Shown here piece after piece: positions 19,391 through 30,033 of a stretch of DNA of 64,000 bases (positions are counted from its first letter, which is position 1; each line of letters starts with the position of its first letter). Where the stretch lies: contig CAVRBU010000004.1 of assembly GCA_963719315.1 (NCBI GenBank), forward strand, positions 576,001 to 640,000, read 5' to 3'. The notes beneath the pieces were generated by a model. The model saw only the letters and a program-made list of their open reading frames with translations, made no database searches and was not told where the DNA came from. Made by a program: the position numbers and the translations under genes. The DNA comes from an uncultured Planctomycetota bacterium. Its GTDB lineage: Bacteria > Planctomycetota > Planctomycetia > Pirellulales > Lacipirellulaceae.

Positions 19391-22117
19391 GTGACAGGCA
19401 ACATGCATTCCGTACGCCGCGCAGTTTATCGTGTGCCAGCATTGCCGGTATTCTCCGCGCTGCTTTTTGCCTGCCTCGTTCAGACCGTATCGATTTCAGC
19501 AAAGGAGACGTCGGCGCCAGCCGAGGGAGACGCGGCGCCAGCCGCTCTGACGACCGGCCCCGCGGATGCGAGCGATTACGACCGCTCCCATGTCGGCCCG
19601 CAAGCGAACGGCCGCATCATCGTGCCCACGAATCAGGTGCTCACGCCCGCCGGGCGGCAGGTGATCGTCGGCGGCCGACCGACCGATGTCGCCCTCTCGC
19701 CCGATGGCCGCTGGCTCGCCGTGCTCAATCTGCGCGAGGTTCAACTCGTCAACGTCGAGACCGGCGCGATCGTCGGCAATGCGCCCAACAAGAGCGAAAG
19801 TTTCAAAGGCATCGCGTTCGCGCCCGATGGCAAGCGATTGTATGCGTCAACGGTTGGCGCCCACATTGGCGTGTTCGAAGTTTCCGAAGAGGGCCAGCTC
19901 TCCGCGGAGAAGCCGATCGTGCTGCCGGGCAAATCGCGACGCGACGATGGCGTCGTGCCCGTCGGTATGGCAATCGCCGCCGACGGCAAGACGATGCTGG
20001 TCGCGCTCAACATGAAGAACACACTGGCCGAGATCGACCTCGCGATCGGCAAAGTCGTGCGCGAGATTCCGGTCGGCAACGCGCCGTATGATGTGGTAGT
20101 CGTCGGCCGCACCGCTTACGTCAGCAATTGGGCCGGCCGCCTGCCGACACCCTGCGTTCCCACAGGTCCTTCCGGCGACTCGCTGCCCGTGCGCGTCGAT
20201 CCGGTCCGTAACATCGCCAACGATGGCTCGGTCTCCGTGATCGACCTCAAGAACGGTCGCGCGACCAAGCAGATCGTCGTCGGCCTGCATCCATCCGGCA
20301 TGGTCGCCACGCCAGATGGCCGATACGTCTTGGTGGCCAACGCCCATAGCGACTCGATCTCCGTCATTCAAGTCGGGGCCGACAAAGTCGTCGAAACCAT
20401 TTCCACGAAACTTACGGAAAAGCTCCTCTTTGGCAGTTCGCCCAACGCCCTGGCCGTCATGCCCAACGGCAAAGCGGTGGTGGCTTCGAACGGCACCAAC
20501 AACTCGGTCGCCGTGATGAAATTCGATCCGCCCAACAGCCGGCTGCTGGGCTGCATTCCCACGGCTTGGTACCCCGCCGGCCTCGTTCTTGATGGCCGCC
20601 GTAACGAGCTGTACGTCGCCAACGTCAAGGGCAACGGCTCGCGCAGCCAGTCTTGGAAAGGCGAACGCAAGCTTAAGGGCAAAGTCGTCTTCGGATACAA
20701 CTCGCACGATCATCAGGGCACGTTGTCGCTGATCAAGTTGCCGAACGCCGCGGAGCTCGCCGCTTACACGCAACAAGTCCTCGAGAACAATCGCCAGACG
20801 GAAGCGATCAACGCCCTGGCCCCGCCGCGTCCCGATGCGCCGCCGCGCTCAGTACCCGAGCGCCACGGCGAGCCCTCGGTCTTCAAGCACGTCGTGTGCA
20901 TCATCAAAGAGAACCGCACGTACGATCAGGTGTTCGGCGACATCCCAACCGGCGAAGGCGATCCCGACCTCGTGCTGTTCGGCCGCGACGTAACGCCCAA
21001 CCAGCACAAGCTGGCGGAGGAGTTCGTGCTGCTCGACAACTTCTACTGCAGCGGCGTTCTCAGTGCCGACGGCCACCAATGGACCGACGAAGCCTTTGTG
21101 AGCGACTATCTCGAAAAAGCGTTCGGCGGCTTCCCCCGCAGCTACCCGTACCCCGGCGGCGACGCGATGGCGTACTCCCCCGCCGGTTTCCTCTGGGATA
21201 ACGTCCTGGCTCACAAGAAAACGCTCCGCGTCTACGGCGAGTTCGCCCCCGGCCGAATAAGTTGGAAGGACCCCAAGAAAAAAGGCTCTCCGAAGTTCAT
21301 CGATTGCTACAACGACTTCGTGAACGGCGCCAATCTCGTCGAGATCCGCGCCATCGCGAACATCAAGACAATTGAGAACTACATCTGCCCCACGGCGATC
21401 GGCTTTCCGCTCGTCGTGCCCGATATTCACCGCGCCGGCCAGTTCATCGACGAGCTGAAACGCGCCGAACAAACCGGCAAGCTCCAAAACTTCAGCATCA
21501 TGCTCCTGCCCAACGATCACACTTCCGGCACGAAGCCCGGCATGCAAACGCCCGAAGCCGCCGTGGCGGATAATGACCTCGCCCTCGGCCGCATCGTCGA
21601 GGCCATCAGCCACAGTCGGTTCTGGCCGGAGACTTGCATCTTCGTCGTCGAAGACGACCCGCAAGCCGGTTGGGACCACATCGACGGACACCGCACGATT
21701 GCTCAGGTCATCAGCCCGTATACGCGCCGCAAATTCGTCGACAGCACGAACTACAACCAAACCAGCATGGTGCGAACCATCGAGCTGATCTTGGGTCTTC
21801 CGCCCATGAACCAGTTCGATTCCTCGGCCACGCCAATGGCCAGTTGCTTCATGGACCAGCCCGACCTCGCGCCGTACACCGTGACTCCCAACATCATTCC
21901 GCTCGACAAGCTCAATCCCGACGTAAGTGCGATCGACGACCCCCGGCAGCGCCACTGGGCGGAGGAATCGCTCAAGCTGGACCTCAGCGATGTCGACCGC
22001 GCCGACGAAAACATTTTCAACCGCATCCTCTGGCACGCCCGCCGCGGCAGCGACGACACGTATCCCGACTGGGCGGTAGCCGCCACCGAAGAAGACGAAC
22101 ACGAAGAGGACGAATGA
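19391..22117 (+). CDS. Secreted YVTN/YncE beta-propeller + alkaline-phosphatase-superfamily phosphoesterase
   Basis: Signal peptide; IPVGNAP and VGLHP repeats; IIKENRTYDQVFGD, SADGHQW, PNDHT, EDDPQAGWDHIDGHR. Confidence 0.9.
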   Translation: MTGNMHSVRRAVYRVPALPVFSALLFACLVQTVSISAKETSAPAEGDAAPAALTTGPADASDYDRSHVGPQANGRIIVPTNQVLTPAGRQVIVGGRPTDVALSPDGRWLAVLNLREVQLVNVETGAIVGNAPNKSESFKGIAFAPDGKRLYASTVGAHIGVFEVSEEGQLSAEKPIVLPGKSRRDDGVVPVGMAIAADGKTMLVALNMKNTLAEIDLAIGKVVREIPVGNAPYDVVVVGRTAYVSNWAGRLPTPCVPTGPSGDSLPVRVDPVRNIANDGSVSVIDLKNGRATKQIVVGLHPSGMVATPDGRYVLVANAHSDSISVIQVGADKVVETISTKLTEKLLFGSSPNALAVMPNGKAVVASNGTNNSVAVMKFDPPNSRLLGCIPTAWYPAGLVLDGRRNELYVANVKGNGSRSQSWKGERKLKGKVVFGYNSHDHQGTLSLIKLPNAAELAAYTQQVLENNRQTEAINALAPPRPDAPPRSVPERHGEPSVFKHVVCIIKENRTYDQVFGDIPTGEGDPDLVLFGRDVTPNQHKLAEEFVLLDNFYCSGVLSADGHQWTDEAFVSDYLEKAFGGFPRSYPYPGGDAMAYSPAGFLWDNVLAHKKTLRVYGEFAPGRISWKDPKKKGSPKFIDCYNDFVNGANLVEIRAIANIKTIENYICPTAIGFPLVVPDIHRAGQFIDELKRAEQTGKLQNFSIMLLPNDHTSGTKPGMQTPEAAVADNDLALGRIVEAISHSRFWPETCIFVVEDDPQAGWDHIDGHRTIAQVISPYTRRKFVDSTNYNQTSMVRTIELILGLPPMNQFDSSATPMASCFMDQPDLAPYTVTPNIIPLDKLNPDVSAIDDPRQRHWAEESLKLDLSDVDRADENIFNRILWHARRGSDDTYPDWAVAATEEDEHEEDE

Positions 22118-22125
22118 TCTTATTT

Positions 22126-22159
22126 CTCCTCCCTTGTAGGGAGGGGCAAGGGGAGGGTT
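22126..22159. repeat. CCTCCC-N-GGGAGGGG REP-like hairpin
   Basis: Same type recurs at 26928-26992. Confidence 0.6.
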
Positions 22160-22211
22160 CGCTTTCGAATTCTGTGGTCCACAGATGTCGCGGATGAGCG
22201 CAGTTAAGAAA

Positions 22212-22375
22212 CTCAAACTGAAAAGACGAATCGCCAAGATCGCCAAGGAATTCAGAGAGAAATCATCTGGGCATGCAGTTTATTTGTGAAGGGCCGTTCC
22301 GGCAGTCTATCGCGTCTTAATCGTAATAAATGAAGACTTGGCGCTCTTGGCGTTCTTGGCGGTTTTCACTTTGAG
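22212..22375. mobile_element. CTCAAA-type MITE inserted in the loop of an older hairpin (22177-22426)
   Basis: Reverse complement of 53245-53415; TAAGAAA duplicated on both sides; outer arms GTCCACAGATGTCGCGGAT / ATCCGCGACATCTGCGGAC. Confidence 0.85.
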
Positions 22376-22463
22376 TAAGAAACATCGGATCTTTATCATC
22401 TGCGGAAATCCGCGACATCTGCGGACAACTATTCCTATCCTCCATTTTCAGTTCCTCACATCG

Positions 22464-24206
22464 ATGACGCACCAACTTCACCTGCCTTACCTCACTCGAC
22501 TCGCCCTGGTTTGCGTCTTATGTGCCGCTGGCTCCGCGATTGCCGCCCCGCAGACGGCAACGCCGCCAGAAAAATCCGCAGCCTGGGACGCCCACGTCCA
22601 ACAATTCCTCGCCGACCATTTCAAAGCCAACCCCGGTTCCGCCGTCCAGGCCGGCAAGCACGAGTACGACGGCCAGATCGCCGACTTCAGTGAGGCCGGC
22701 CTCAAAAAAGAAATCGCCCGGCTCCACGCCGAGCGCACGAAGACGGCCGCCTTTCCCGATGACCAACTCAACGCCCGCCAGCGCTTCGAGCGCGATTACC
22801 TCATCTCCGAAATCGACGGCAGCCTCTTCTGGCTCGAAGTTTCCGGCCAACCGTACACCGCCCCGTTCTGGTACGCCGACGCCCTCGACCCCGATGTCTA
22901 TGTCAGCCGCGAGTATGCCCCGCTGGAAACGCGCATCAAGTCGTACACCAAATTCGCCCGCAACGTGCCGCGGGCCTTGCAGCAAATCAAAGCCAACCTC
23001 AAACCGCCGCTCGCAAAAACGGCCATCAAGATCGGCCACCGCACGATCGGCGGCTTGGCCGATTTCTTCGCGAAAGACATCCCCAAAATTTTCGCGCCCG
23101 TCGCAGACGCCCAATCACAAGCCGAATTCAAAACGGCCAACGACGCCGCCATCCAGGCCATCCGCGAGTTCGACGGCTGGCTCGCGCAGCAAGAAACTCA
23201 AGCCACCGGCGAGTTCGCCCTCGGCCCCGAGAAATTCAGCCAAATGCTGAAGATGACCGAGGGCGTCGATATTCCGCTGGGCCGGCTCGAAGCGATCGGC
23301 CGCCGCGACCTCGACCGCAACCTCGCCGCCCTCAAGGCCGAATGCCAGCGGTACGCCCCCGGCAAGACCATCGAAGAATGTATCGCCCAGGTCGACGCCC
23401 ACAAGGCCGACGAGGCCGACCCCATCGCCGCCGCCACGAAGCAACTCCGTACCCTTCGCAAGTTCCTCGTTGACCACAACGTCGTCACCATCCCCGGCAC
23501 CGAGGAAGCGCTGGTGAAACAAGCCCCCGCGTACAAGGCCTGGAACTTCGCGTACATCAATATCCCCGGCCCATACGAAACAAACCTGCCGTCCATCTAT
23601 TACATCGCGCCGCCCGACCCCGCTTGGACCAAGGCCGTGCAGGATGCGTACACGCCCGGCCGCGCCGCCCTGCTGTTCACATCCGCCCACGAAGTATACC
23701 CCGGTCACTTCGTGCAATACCTGCACGCCCACCGCGCCCACTCCGAGATCGGCCAACTCTTCGTCGGCTACGGCTTCTCCGAAGGCTGGGCCCACTACTG
23801 CGAAGAGATGATGTACGAAGAAGGCCTCGGCGACGGCGACCCCGAAACACACATCGGCCAGATCCAGGAAGCACTTCTTCGCAACGTCCGCTTCCTCTCC
23901 GCCATCGGCCTCCACACGCAAGGCATGACGGTCGACGAATCGAAACGCATGTTCCGCGAGCAGGCGTTTCAAGACGAAGGCACCGCCGAGCAGCAGGCCC
24001 TCCGCGGCACGTTCGACCCGGCCTACCTCAACTACACGCTCGGCAAACTGATGATCCGCAAACTCCGCGACGACTGGTGCGCGACCCGCGGCGGGAAAGC
24101 GGCGTGGAAAGATTTCCACGACGAGTTCCTGAAATATGGCGGCCCACCGATCCCCCTCATTCGCCGCGCAATGATGGGCCCGGACGACAAAGGTTCGCTG
24201 TTCTAA
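22464..24206 (+). CDS. DUF885-family secreted protein (putative metallopeptidase)
   Basis: Signal peptide; HEVYPGH, EGWAHYCE, YTLGKL, FHDEFL.YG.PP. Confidence 0.9.
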   Translation: MTHQLHLPYLTRLALVCVLCAAGSAIAAPQTATPPEKSAAWDAHVQQFLADHFKANPGSAVQAGKHEYDGQIADFSEAGLKKEIARLHAERTKTAAFPDDQLNARQRFERDYLISEIDGSLFWLEVSGQPYTAPFWYADALDPDVYVSREYAPLETRIKSYTKFARNVPRALQQIKANLKPPLAKTAIKIGHRTIGGLADFFAKDIPKIFAPVADAQSQAEFKTANDAAIQAIREFDGWLAQQETQATGEFALGPEKFSQMLKMTEGVDIPLGRLEAIGRRDLDRNLAALKAECQRYAPGKTIEECIAQVDAHKADEADPIAAATKQLRTLRKFLVDHNVVTIPGTEEALVKQAPAYKAWNFAYINIPGPYETNLPSIYYIAPPDPAWTKAVQDAYTPGRAALLFTSAHEVYPGHFVQYLHAHRAHSEIGQLFVGYGFSEGWAHYCEEMMYEEGLGDGDPETHIGQIQEALLRNVRFLSAIGLHTQGMTVDESKRMFREQAFQDEGTAEQQALRGTFDPAYLNYTLGKLMIRKLRDDWCATRGGKAAWKDFHDEFLKYGGPPIPLIRRAMMGPDDKGSLF

Positions 24207-24281
24207 TCACGCCACAACCCCATCTTGGCGTCGGTCGCCAGACCGAATCCACCGATGCCGGATCATACATGATCTCGGTGA

Positions 24282-25876
24282 TCAACAGCACCGCCGCCGC
24301 CCCACCAAAAACACCGCGGCCATTACCACCATCACGCCGCCCCCTGGCTCCGGCACACTCGCGGCCTCCACGCCGCTGCCCGCCCCTGCCGTCTGGCCAA
24401 AGTTCGCTCGCCACAAATCATAGTCGGCCGTCGATACCGATTCGGGCGTCGCGTCGTGCGGCAGGGCGGTGGACGTCTCCATCGCGTGCCGCCACAGCGC
24501 ATAGTCAGCCGCGTCCACGATGCCGTTGCCGTTGTAATCTCCAGTCAACGTAGTTGCGACGCCCGGCACAAAGCCCGGGCTGCCCACGTCGCCGCCCGGA
24601 TGATCGACCACTTCGGCGAGCACCGCTTGAGGAGCCGAGCTGTTGTTGTCGTCCGACCGCGTCCAACTTGAAGGAGTTGCCGAGTCCGCCGTGAGGTTCG
24701 CGAGAAAAATCGAACCGGAATCGTTATTGTTCGGCCAGCCGACGGCCACGTTGTCGTCATACGCGACCGCGGCCGCCGCGAAGCTCGTCGTCCGCCGCGG
24801 CGTCGTCATCGATTGCGTCTCCGCTTGATAGTCGGCCAGGCTGCTCCAAATCGCCACCGTGTCGCCGCCGTTCGCGAGATCGGTCCAGGGGTTCACCGCA
24901 ATAAAGTTGATCCCTGCGCCCCAAGCCGCCTGCATATCGGCCAGCGTGCTTCCACTCGTGCCGGCATTGAACAACACGCCGGTCGCGCCTGGGCGATTGT
25001 GCCCGAGCTGATGTTGGCGCTTGTCAGCGACGCGTCGTCATCGTCGTCGAACACATATTGCGTTGCGCCGAAATCGATCGCCGCGCCGGTGTTGTTCATG
25101 ACCTCAACCCACTCCCAGGCCGGTTCCGCCGATGCCGGATCATACATGATCTCGGTGATCAACAGTCCGGAGGCCGCCCCGCCGCCGGGCACCGTACCCG
25201 GCGTGCCGCGATCGGCCACGTTGTTGATCGGCGTGCCGGGGAGCGTCGTTTGCACGCTCACGTGAGCGCCGAACGCGCCGTTGGCGCTGGCCACCCAATT
25301 CGCGCCACTGGCCACGCTGCCGACGCCCCGCCACGCGATCGAGTGCCCGTTGGTGACGGCCGGGTAGCCGTTGGTGGTCGCGAAATTGACGCTCGCCACG
25401 GCACTATTGAACGATCGCCTGGGGCTGGTCATCGACATCAGATCGTCGGCCGCGTAGTTGGCGTGGCTACTCCACAGCCCGATCGCATCACCGGCCGTGA
25501 GCGGGCTGAAACTGCTCACCGGCACAAGCGTGATGCCGCCGCCCCAAGCGTTGGTGAAACGCGACTGGTCGAAACTCAAATCGCCGCCGTTATAAAGCAC
25601 GGCCACGCCGCCGGCCGGCACCAGCGTGTTGCCATTGGCCGCGTCGATATTCGCCGCGCCCATCGCCGGATCATCGTCGTCGTCGAGCACCCAGCCGTCG
25701 AGATTGACAGCCGACGCAGTCGTATTATGAACCTCGACCCACTCCCACACGTTTTCCGTGACGGGATCGAACATGATCTCCGTGATTTCCACCTGCCCAA
25801 ACGCCGCCGCGGCCGACAACCACAGCCCGCCGATCGCCGCGCCCCGCAACATCAGCCAACCTATGCGCCGTCTCAT
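24282..25876 (-). CDS. Two-lamin-tail-domain protein with dockerin-like module and PEP-CTERM, frameshifted near 24989
   Basis: [14 protein letters not shown] and [37 protein letters not shown]. Confidence 0.85.
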
Positions 25877-26212
25877 GATGAACGCTCCCCTCGCCGCGCG
25901 TGAACAACTCCAGCCCAACAATCGCAGACCGAACAGGCCGATATTATGCCAATCACCGCACGTGATTGGGAGCACCCCAATCCAGAAAAAAGCAATGAAC
26001 CCCAACTTGGCGTCGGTCGCCACACCGAATCCGCCGCCAAACACGCCGCCACCCTTAATTCCCGAACAACAGCGTAGTTCACAACGCGTCCTCGCGAAGC
26101 GATCCTAGGCCCGGCGATTACGCCGGGTTATTTTAAACCGCAACCCCGCCTAAGACTTCGGCCCTTATTTTGGCATCAACGGGGCGTGAACGATCCTCAC
26201 AGGAACCGGACT

Positions 26213-26922
26213 ATGAAAGCCTTTGTCGATGTGATGGCCGAACTCAAACAGCGCGGCAAAGAGCAAACCCGCAAGATCTACGCGCGGCATGGCGTCGACA
26301 TCCCGATGTTCGGCGTCAGCATCGCCGACCTCAAAACGCTCGCCAAAAAAATCAAAGGCAACCAGGCACTCGCCCTCGATCTGTACGACTCCGGCAACTA
26401 CGACGCCATGTACCTCGCCGGCATCGTCGCCGACGGCAAGCAGATGACCAAAAAACAACTCGAACGCTGGGCCAAGCTCTCCACCTGCGAAACGATCTGC
26501 TCGTACACCGTCGCCTGGGTCGCCACCGAAAGCCCGCACGCCCGCGAGCTGGCCATGAAGTGGATCAATTCCAAAAAACCCTCCACCGCCATCTGCGGCT
26601 GGGCCACCTACGCCGGCATCGTCGCCACCACGCCCGACGCCGACCTCGATCTCGACGAAATCCGAGATCTCCTCGACCGCGTCGTGCGCGAAATCCACCG
26701 CGCCCCCAACAAAGTCCGCTACCTCATGAACACCTTCGTGATCAGCGTCGTCGGCTACGTCAAACCGCTCCTCAAGCAAGCCAAAGCGGCCGCCAAAAAA
26801 ATTGGCCCCGTCTCCGTCGACATGGGCGACACTGCCTGCCAGGTCCCCGTCGCCACAACCTACATCGCGAAGATCGAAAATTTGGCCGCGTCGGCAAGAA
26901 ACGCAAAACCATGAAGTGCTGA
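26213..26922 (+). CDS. DNA alkylation repair (AlkD-like HEAT repeat) protein, frameshift near 26880
   Basis: FGVSIADLK..AKKIK.NQALAL.LY.SGNYDAMYLAG, VDMGDTACQVP; the expected end GRVGKKRKTMKC lies in an adjacent frame. Confidence 0.85.
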
Positions 26923-27092
26923 TGAATTCCCTTCCCTCTTAGGGAGGGGCTGGGGGAGGGTTCTTCCCTCATTCCCGTTGGGGAGGGGCCAGGTTGCTTG
27001 GGACTCGCCGTGGCAAGGTGAGGGTTTAGTCGCTACTTGTATCAATCCCACCCGTGTTGAGCGCTCCCAAAAAACCATTAGCATTGGACTTT

Positions 27093-27673
27093 ATGGCAAA
27101 GACGCCTGCCCAAGTTTCAGAACAACAGATTGAAAACGCCATCTTATTGCTGCGCGGTGATAAGGTTTTGCTCGATGCCGACTTGGCCCGCCTTTACGGC
27201 GTCACAACCAGGGCCCTCAACCAGGCTGTGAAACGGAATCGCAGCCGATTCCCCGACGATTTCATGTTTCGCCTCTCCGCTGCGGAAACCCGCTTGCTGA
27301 ACCGGTCACAAAATGTGACCGGTTCCCAAAAGCATCGGGACCCGCGTTATCCGCCCTATGCCTTCACCGAGCAAGGCGTCGCAATGCTCTCCAGCGTCCT
27401 CCGCAGCGATCGCGCCGTGCAGGTGACATCGAAATCATGCGGGCCTTCGTCCGCATCCGAAAAATCCTGGCTGCCAATGCCGAAATCGCCCGCCGGTTGG
27501 ATGAAATCGAACGTCGTATTGGCACGCACGATGAACAATTCGTCCAAGTCATTCGAGCGATCCGGCAACTCATGGAGCCGCCCGCACGTCCGCCGCGACC
27601 ACGAATCGGCTTCCATCCGCCCGACGATAAAAAATCTCCCACCGCGCGAGCACGATCCGGGAAACACAAGTGA
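27093..27673 (+). CDS. ORF6N-domain DNA-binding protein, frameshift near 27426
   Basis: [47 protein letters not shown], then IMRAFV...RIGF. Confidence 0.88.
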
Positions 27674-27732
27674 GCCGCCCCCCACGTGGCCGCGTCTCTC
27701 CGATCAAAGATTCGCGGTGGCGAAGACACAGC

Positions 27733-27960
27733 TCAAGATAGGGACTCGCGCGTTTCAACGTCTCCTTCATCGCCGCGCATGAAATCACCTTGCCATCGTC
27801 CGACGAGTCCATCGAGCCAGCGTTCGTAGTTTGTCGAGCCGTTCGATTCCTCTGGCGGCCGCTCGAAGCTCACTTGCACGGGCGCACCCTCAGGTAAGGC
27901 GACATTCTCTTCCAGCACGATTGCGCCGTTTCTTACATGCCCGCGAACTACCATCACCAT
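27733..27960 (-). CDS. Small antitoxin-like protein (AF2212/DUF104-like) with no intact partner toxin seen
   Basis: [27 protein letters not shown]. Confidence 0.6.
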   Translation of the reverse strand: MVMVVRGHVRNGAIVLEENVALPEGAPVQVSFERPPEESNGSTNYERWLDGLVGRWQGDFMRGDEGDVETRESLS

Positions 27961-28198
27961 ACTCCGCGTTGATGTTGTGATTAATGTTGTAATTCCACTA
28001 CGTCGTTCCTCGAATACAATGCAATTTGCTCCGACTCGCACCGCCCCCCGGTATCCCGCCCGACTTCCTCAACCCCAAATCCCTCATCACCGACGACTGC
28101 CTCCATCCGCCAGCTTGATTGATTTCATAATTCGTCCAATAATCAAGAAACGGTTTGCTTCCGAACCATCACGGCATCACGGCCGAGAGACCCTGTTC

Positions 28199-28438
28199 AT
28201 GACCATCGAGATTCCCGCCGACCTTCAGCCCTTCGTTCGTGAGCAATTGCACCTCGGTTGCTTTCAATCGGAACAGCAGCTTGTGACCGAAGCCTTACAA
28301 TTGCTCAAGGCTGAGCGAGATGAATCACTCGCAGGAATTCGGCAAGGCCTGGCCGACGCGGCCGCCGGTCGCGTTCAGCCGTTGGCCGAGACGTTTGCCG
28401 ACCTCCGCCGCGATTTCAAGCTGCCTGAGCCGACATGA
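28199..28438 (+). CDS. ParD-like antitoxin
   Basis: MTIEIPADLQPFV.EQL..G.F.SE..LV.EAL.LL; GIRQGLAD..AGRV; ATGA overlap with the toxin. Confidence 0.8.
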   Translation: MTIEIPADLQPFVREQLHLGCFQSEQQLVTEALQLLKAERDESLAGIRQGLADAAAGRVQPLAETFADLRRDFKLPEPT

Positions 28439-28761
28439 CCTATCGGGTCGTCGTTACTGCCGCCGCGAAGCAAGATCTCCGCAACGCCTTTCTGTGGGCC
28501 GCCGAGCAAGCGCCTCACACCGCAGCCCTATGGCTCCAACGCTTCGAAGCAGAATTGCAAACGCTCGCCAATGCTCCCGAGCGTTTCCAATCGGCGCCCG
28601 AAAACTCCTTGGTTGAATCTGAGATTCGTCAGTTAATCTTTGGCCGACGACAAGGCGCCTATCGCGTGCTCTACACGATCATGGCTGACCAGGTCCAGGT
28701 GCTGCACATTCGACGAGCCGTGCGCGAGTGGGCGAGTCCCAGTGATTTGATTATTGAATAA
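28435..28761 (+). CDS. RelE/ParE-family toxin
   Basis: YRVVVTAAAKQDL; YRVLYTI...VQVLHIR. Confidence 0.85.
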   Translation: MTYRVVVTAAAKQDLRNAFLWAAEQAPHTAALWLQRFEAELQTLANAPERFQSAPENSLVESEIRQLIFGRRQGAYRVLYTIMADQVQVLHIRRAVREWASPSDLIIE

Positions 28762-28952
28762 CGCGAAGCTTGCCGTGCGCCGTCTCCCGGCTCCCCACTC
28801 GCATCCGGCCGCAACGTCGGCCCATTCGAGCCGCGTTGTGTCAATCCTTCACTTTTGATCCACCGGATACCCCTCAACATTTTTGTTGAAATTGTGCCAC
28901 GACTTCGGCTATACCTGAGCCATAGTATACGAACGAACACATCCGCCGTTCG

Positions 28953-29062
<110 letters not shown>

Positions 29063-29677
29063 ATGCCTACTCTCGAACATTCCCCGTCCCAAACTCAGGT
29101 CCCTGTCAAAAAGCTCGGCCGGCCGCGTGCCCTTAACGAAGTCAAATGTCGCGAAGTCTGCGCGCTCATCTCGGCTGGTTGCGGCATCGAGCGGGCCGCG
29201 CGGTACGTCGGATGTGCGGCCAACACCGTCCGCCGCGAGGCGCAGCGAAATCCCGAGTTCAACGAGCGACTTCGCCGCGCGACCCTGGCTGCCGAGCTTG
29301 GGCCGCTCGATGCCCTGCGGCAAGCTGCGAACAAGCATTGGCGGGCGGCCGCCTGGTTGCTCGAACGGACCGATGTCCAACGTTACGGCAAGCAAAACGT
29401 CCGGTTTGTAAAGCCGGAACAACTGGAGGCGTTCAGCGCCAAACTGGGCCGCGTCCTGCTCGACGAAACGAAGGATGCGAAATCGTATCGCCGCATCATG
29501 CGCCGGCTCCGGAAGTTCATCGCCCACTCCGACCGCGAGGTGCACGCCACCGAAGTTGATCCATTTCCCAAGCTCCGCCGCCCACGCAAATCGATCCACG
29601 AACCGGCTCCGATGTCGCTTCCTGAGGCAACACCACTACACTCCGACGACTCCGATGTACCGCCAAAAACGACCTGA
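29063..29677 (+). CDS. HTH protein resembling small-terminase-like proteins
   Basis: GRPRAL, AARYVGCAANTVRRE, WRAAAWLLER...YGK. Confidence 0.6.
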   Translation: MPTLEHSPSQTQVPVKKLGRPRALNEVKCREVCALISAGCGIERAARYVGCAANTVRREAQRNPEFNERLRRATLAAELGPLDALRQAANKHWRAAAWLLERTDVQRYGKQNVRFVKPEQLEAFSAKLGRVLLDETKDAKSYRRIMRRLRKFIAHSDREVHATEVDPFPKLRRPRKSIHEPAPMSLPEATPLHSDDSDVPPKTT

Positions 29678-30033
29678 ATCATCGGCATTGTGCGCAACGC
29701 CACGGCGGCGCGGGCCGACGACCGGTGAGCTATCTGTCGGCCCGCCGTAGACTTGCGCAAACCGGCGCCGCGCGAGACTCACCCTACTTCCGCACAAAAC
29801 GATCGACTTCTGTAAGCGAAAACTGGGACCCCTTTCGACATACAAAACTCTATCCATTTGGCCGCAAGGAGTTACATCGTCGCCAACCGTGTTCGCTCCG
29901 CCAAAATGTTCTAGTCCTCGAGCGCCGCGTAGATAGGGGCATAAAGTGGGTCGCCACACGTGACAAAATTCTTGCAGTTCAGTCTGCGCCTGACGATCGT
30001 GGTGATGCCAGGCAATGTCAGGCACAGCTTGAG

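Noticed and set aside
27695..27737. PIN toxin downstream of the small antitoxin
   Set aside because: Only about 10 codons ([10 protein letters not shown]) before a stop; too short to support a call
29680..30030. Structured ncRNA or recombination site between convergent genes
   Set aside because: Only weak, short palindromes; no recognisable family or second copy
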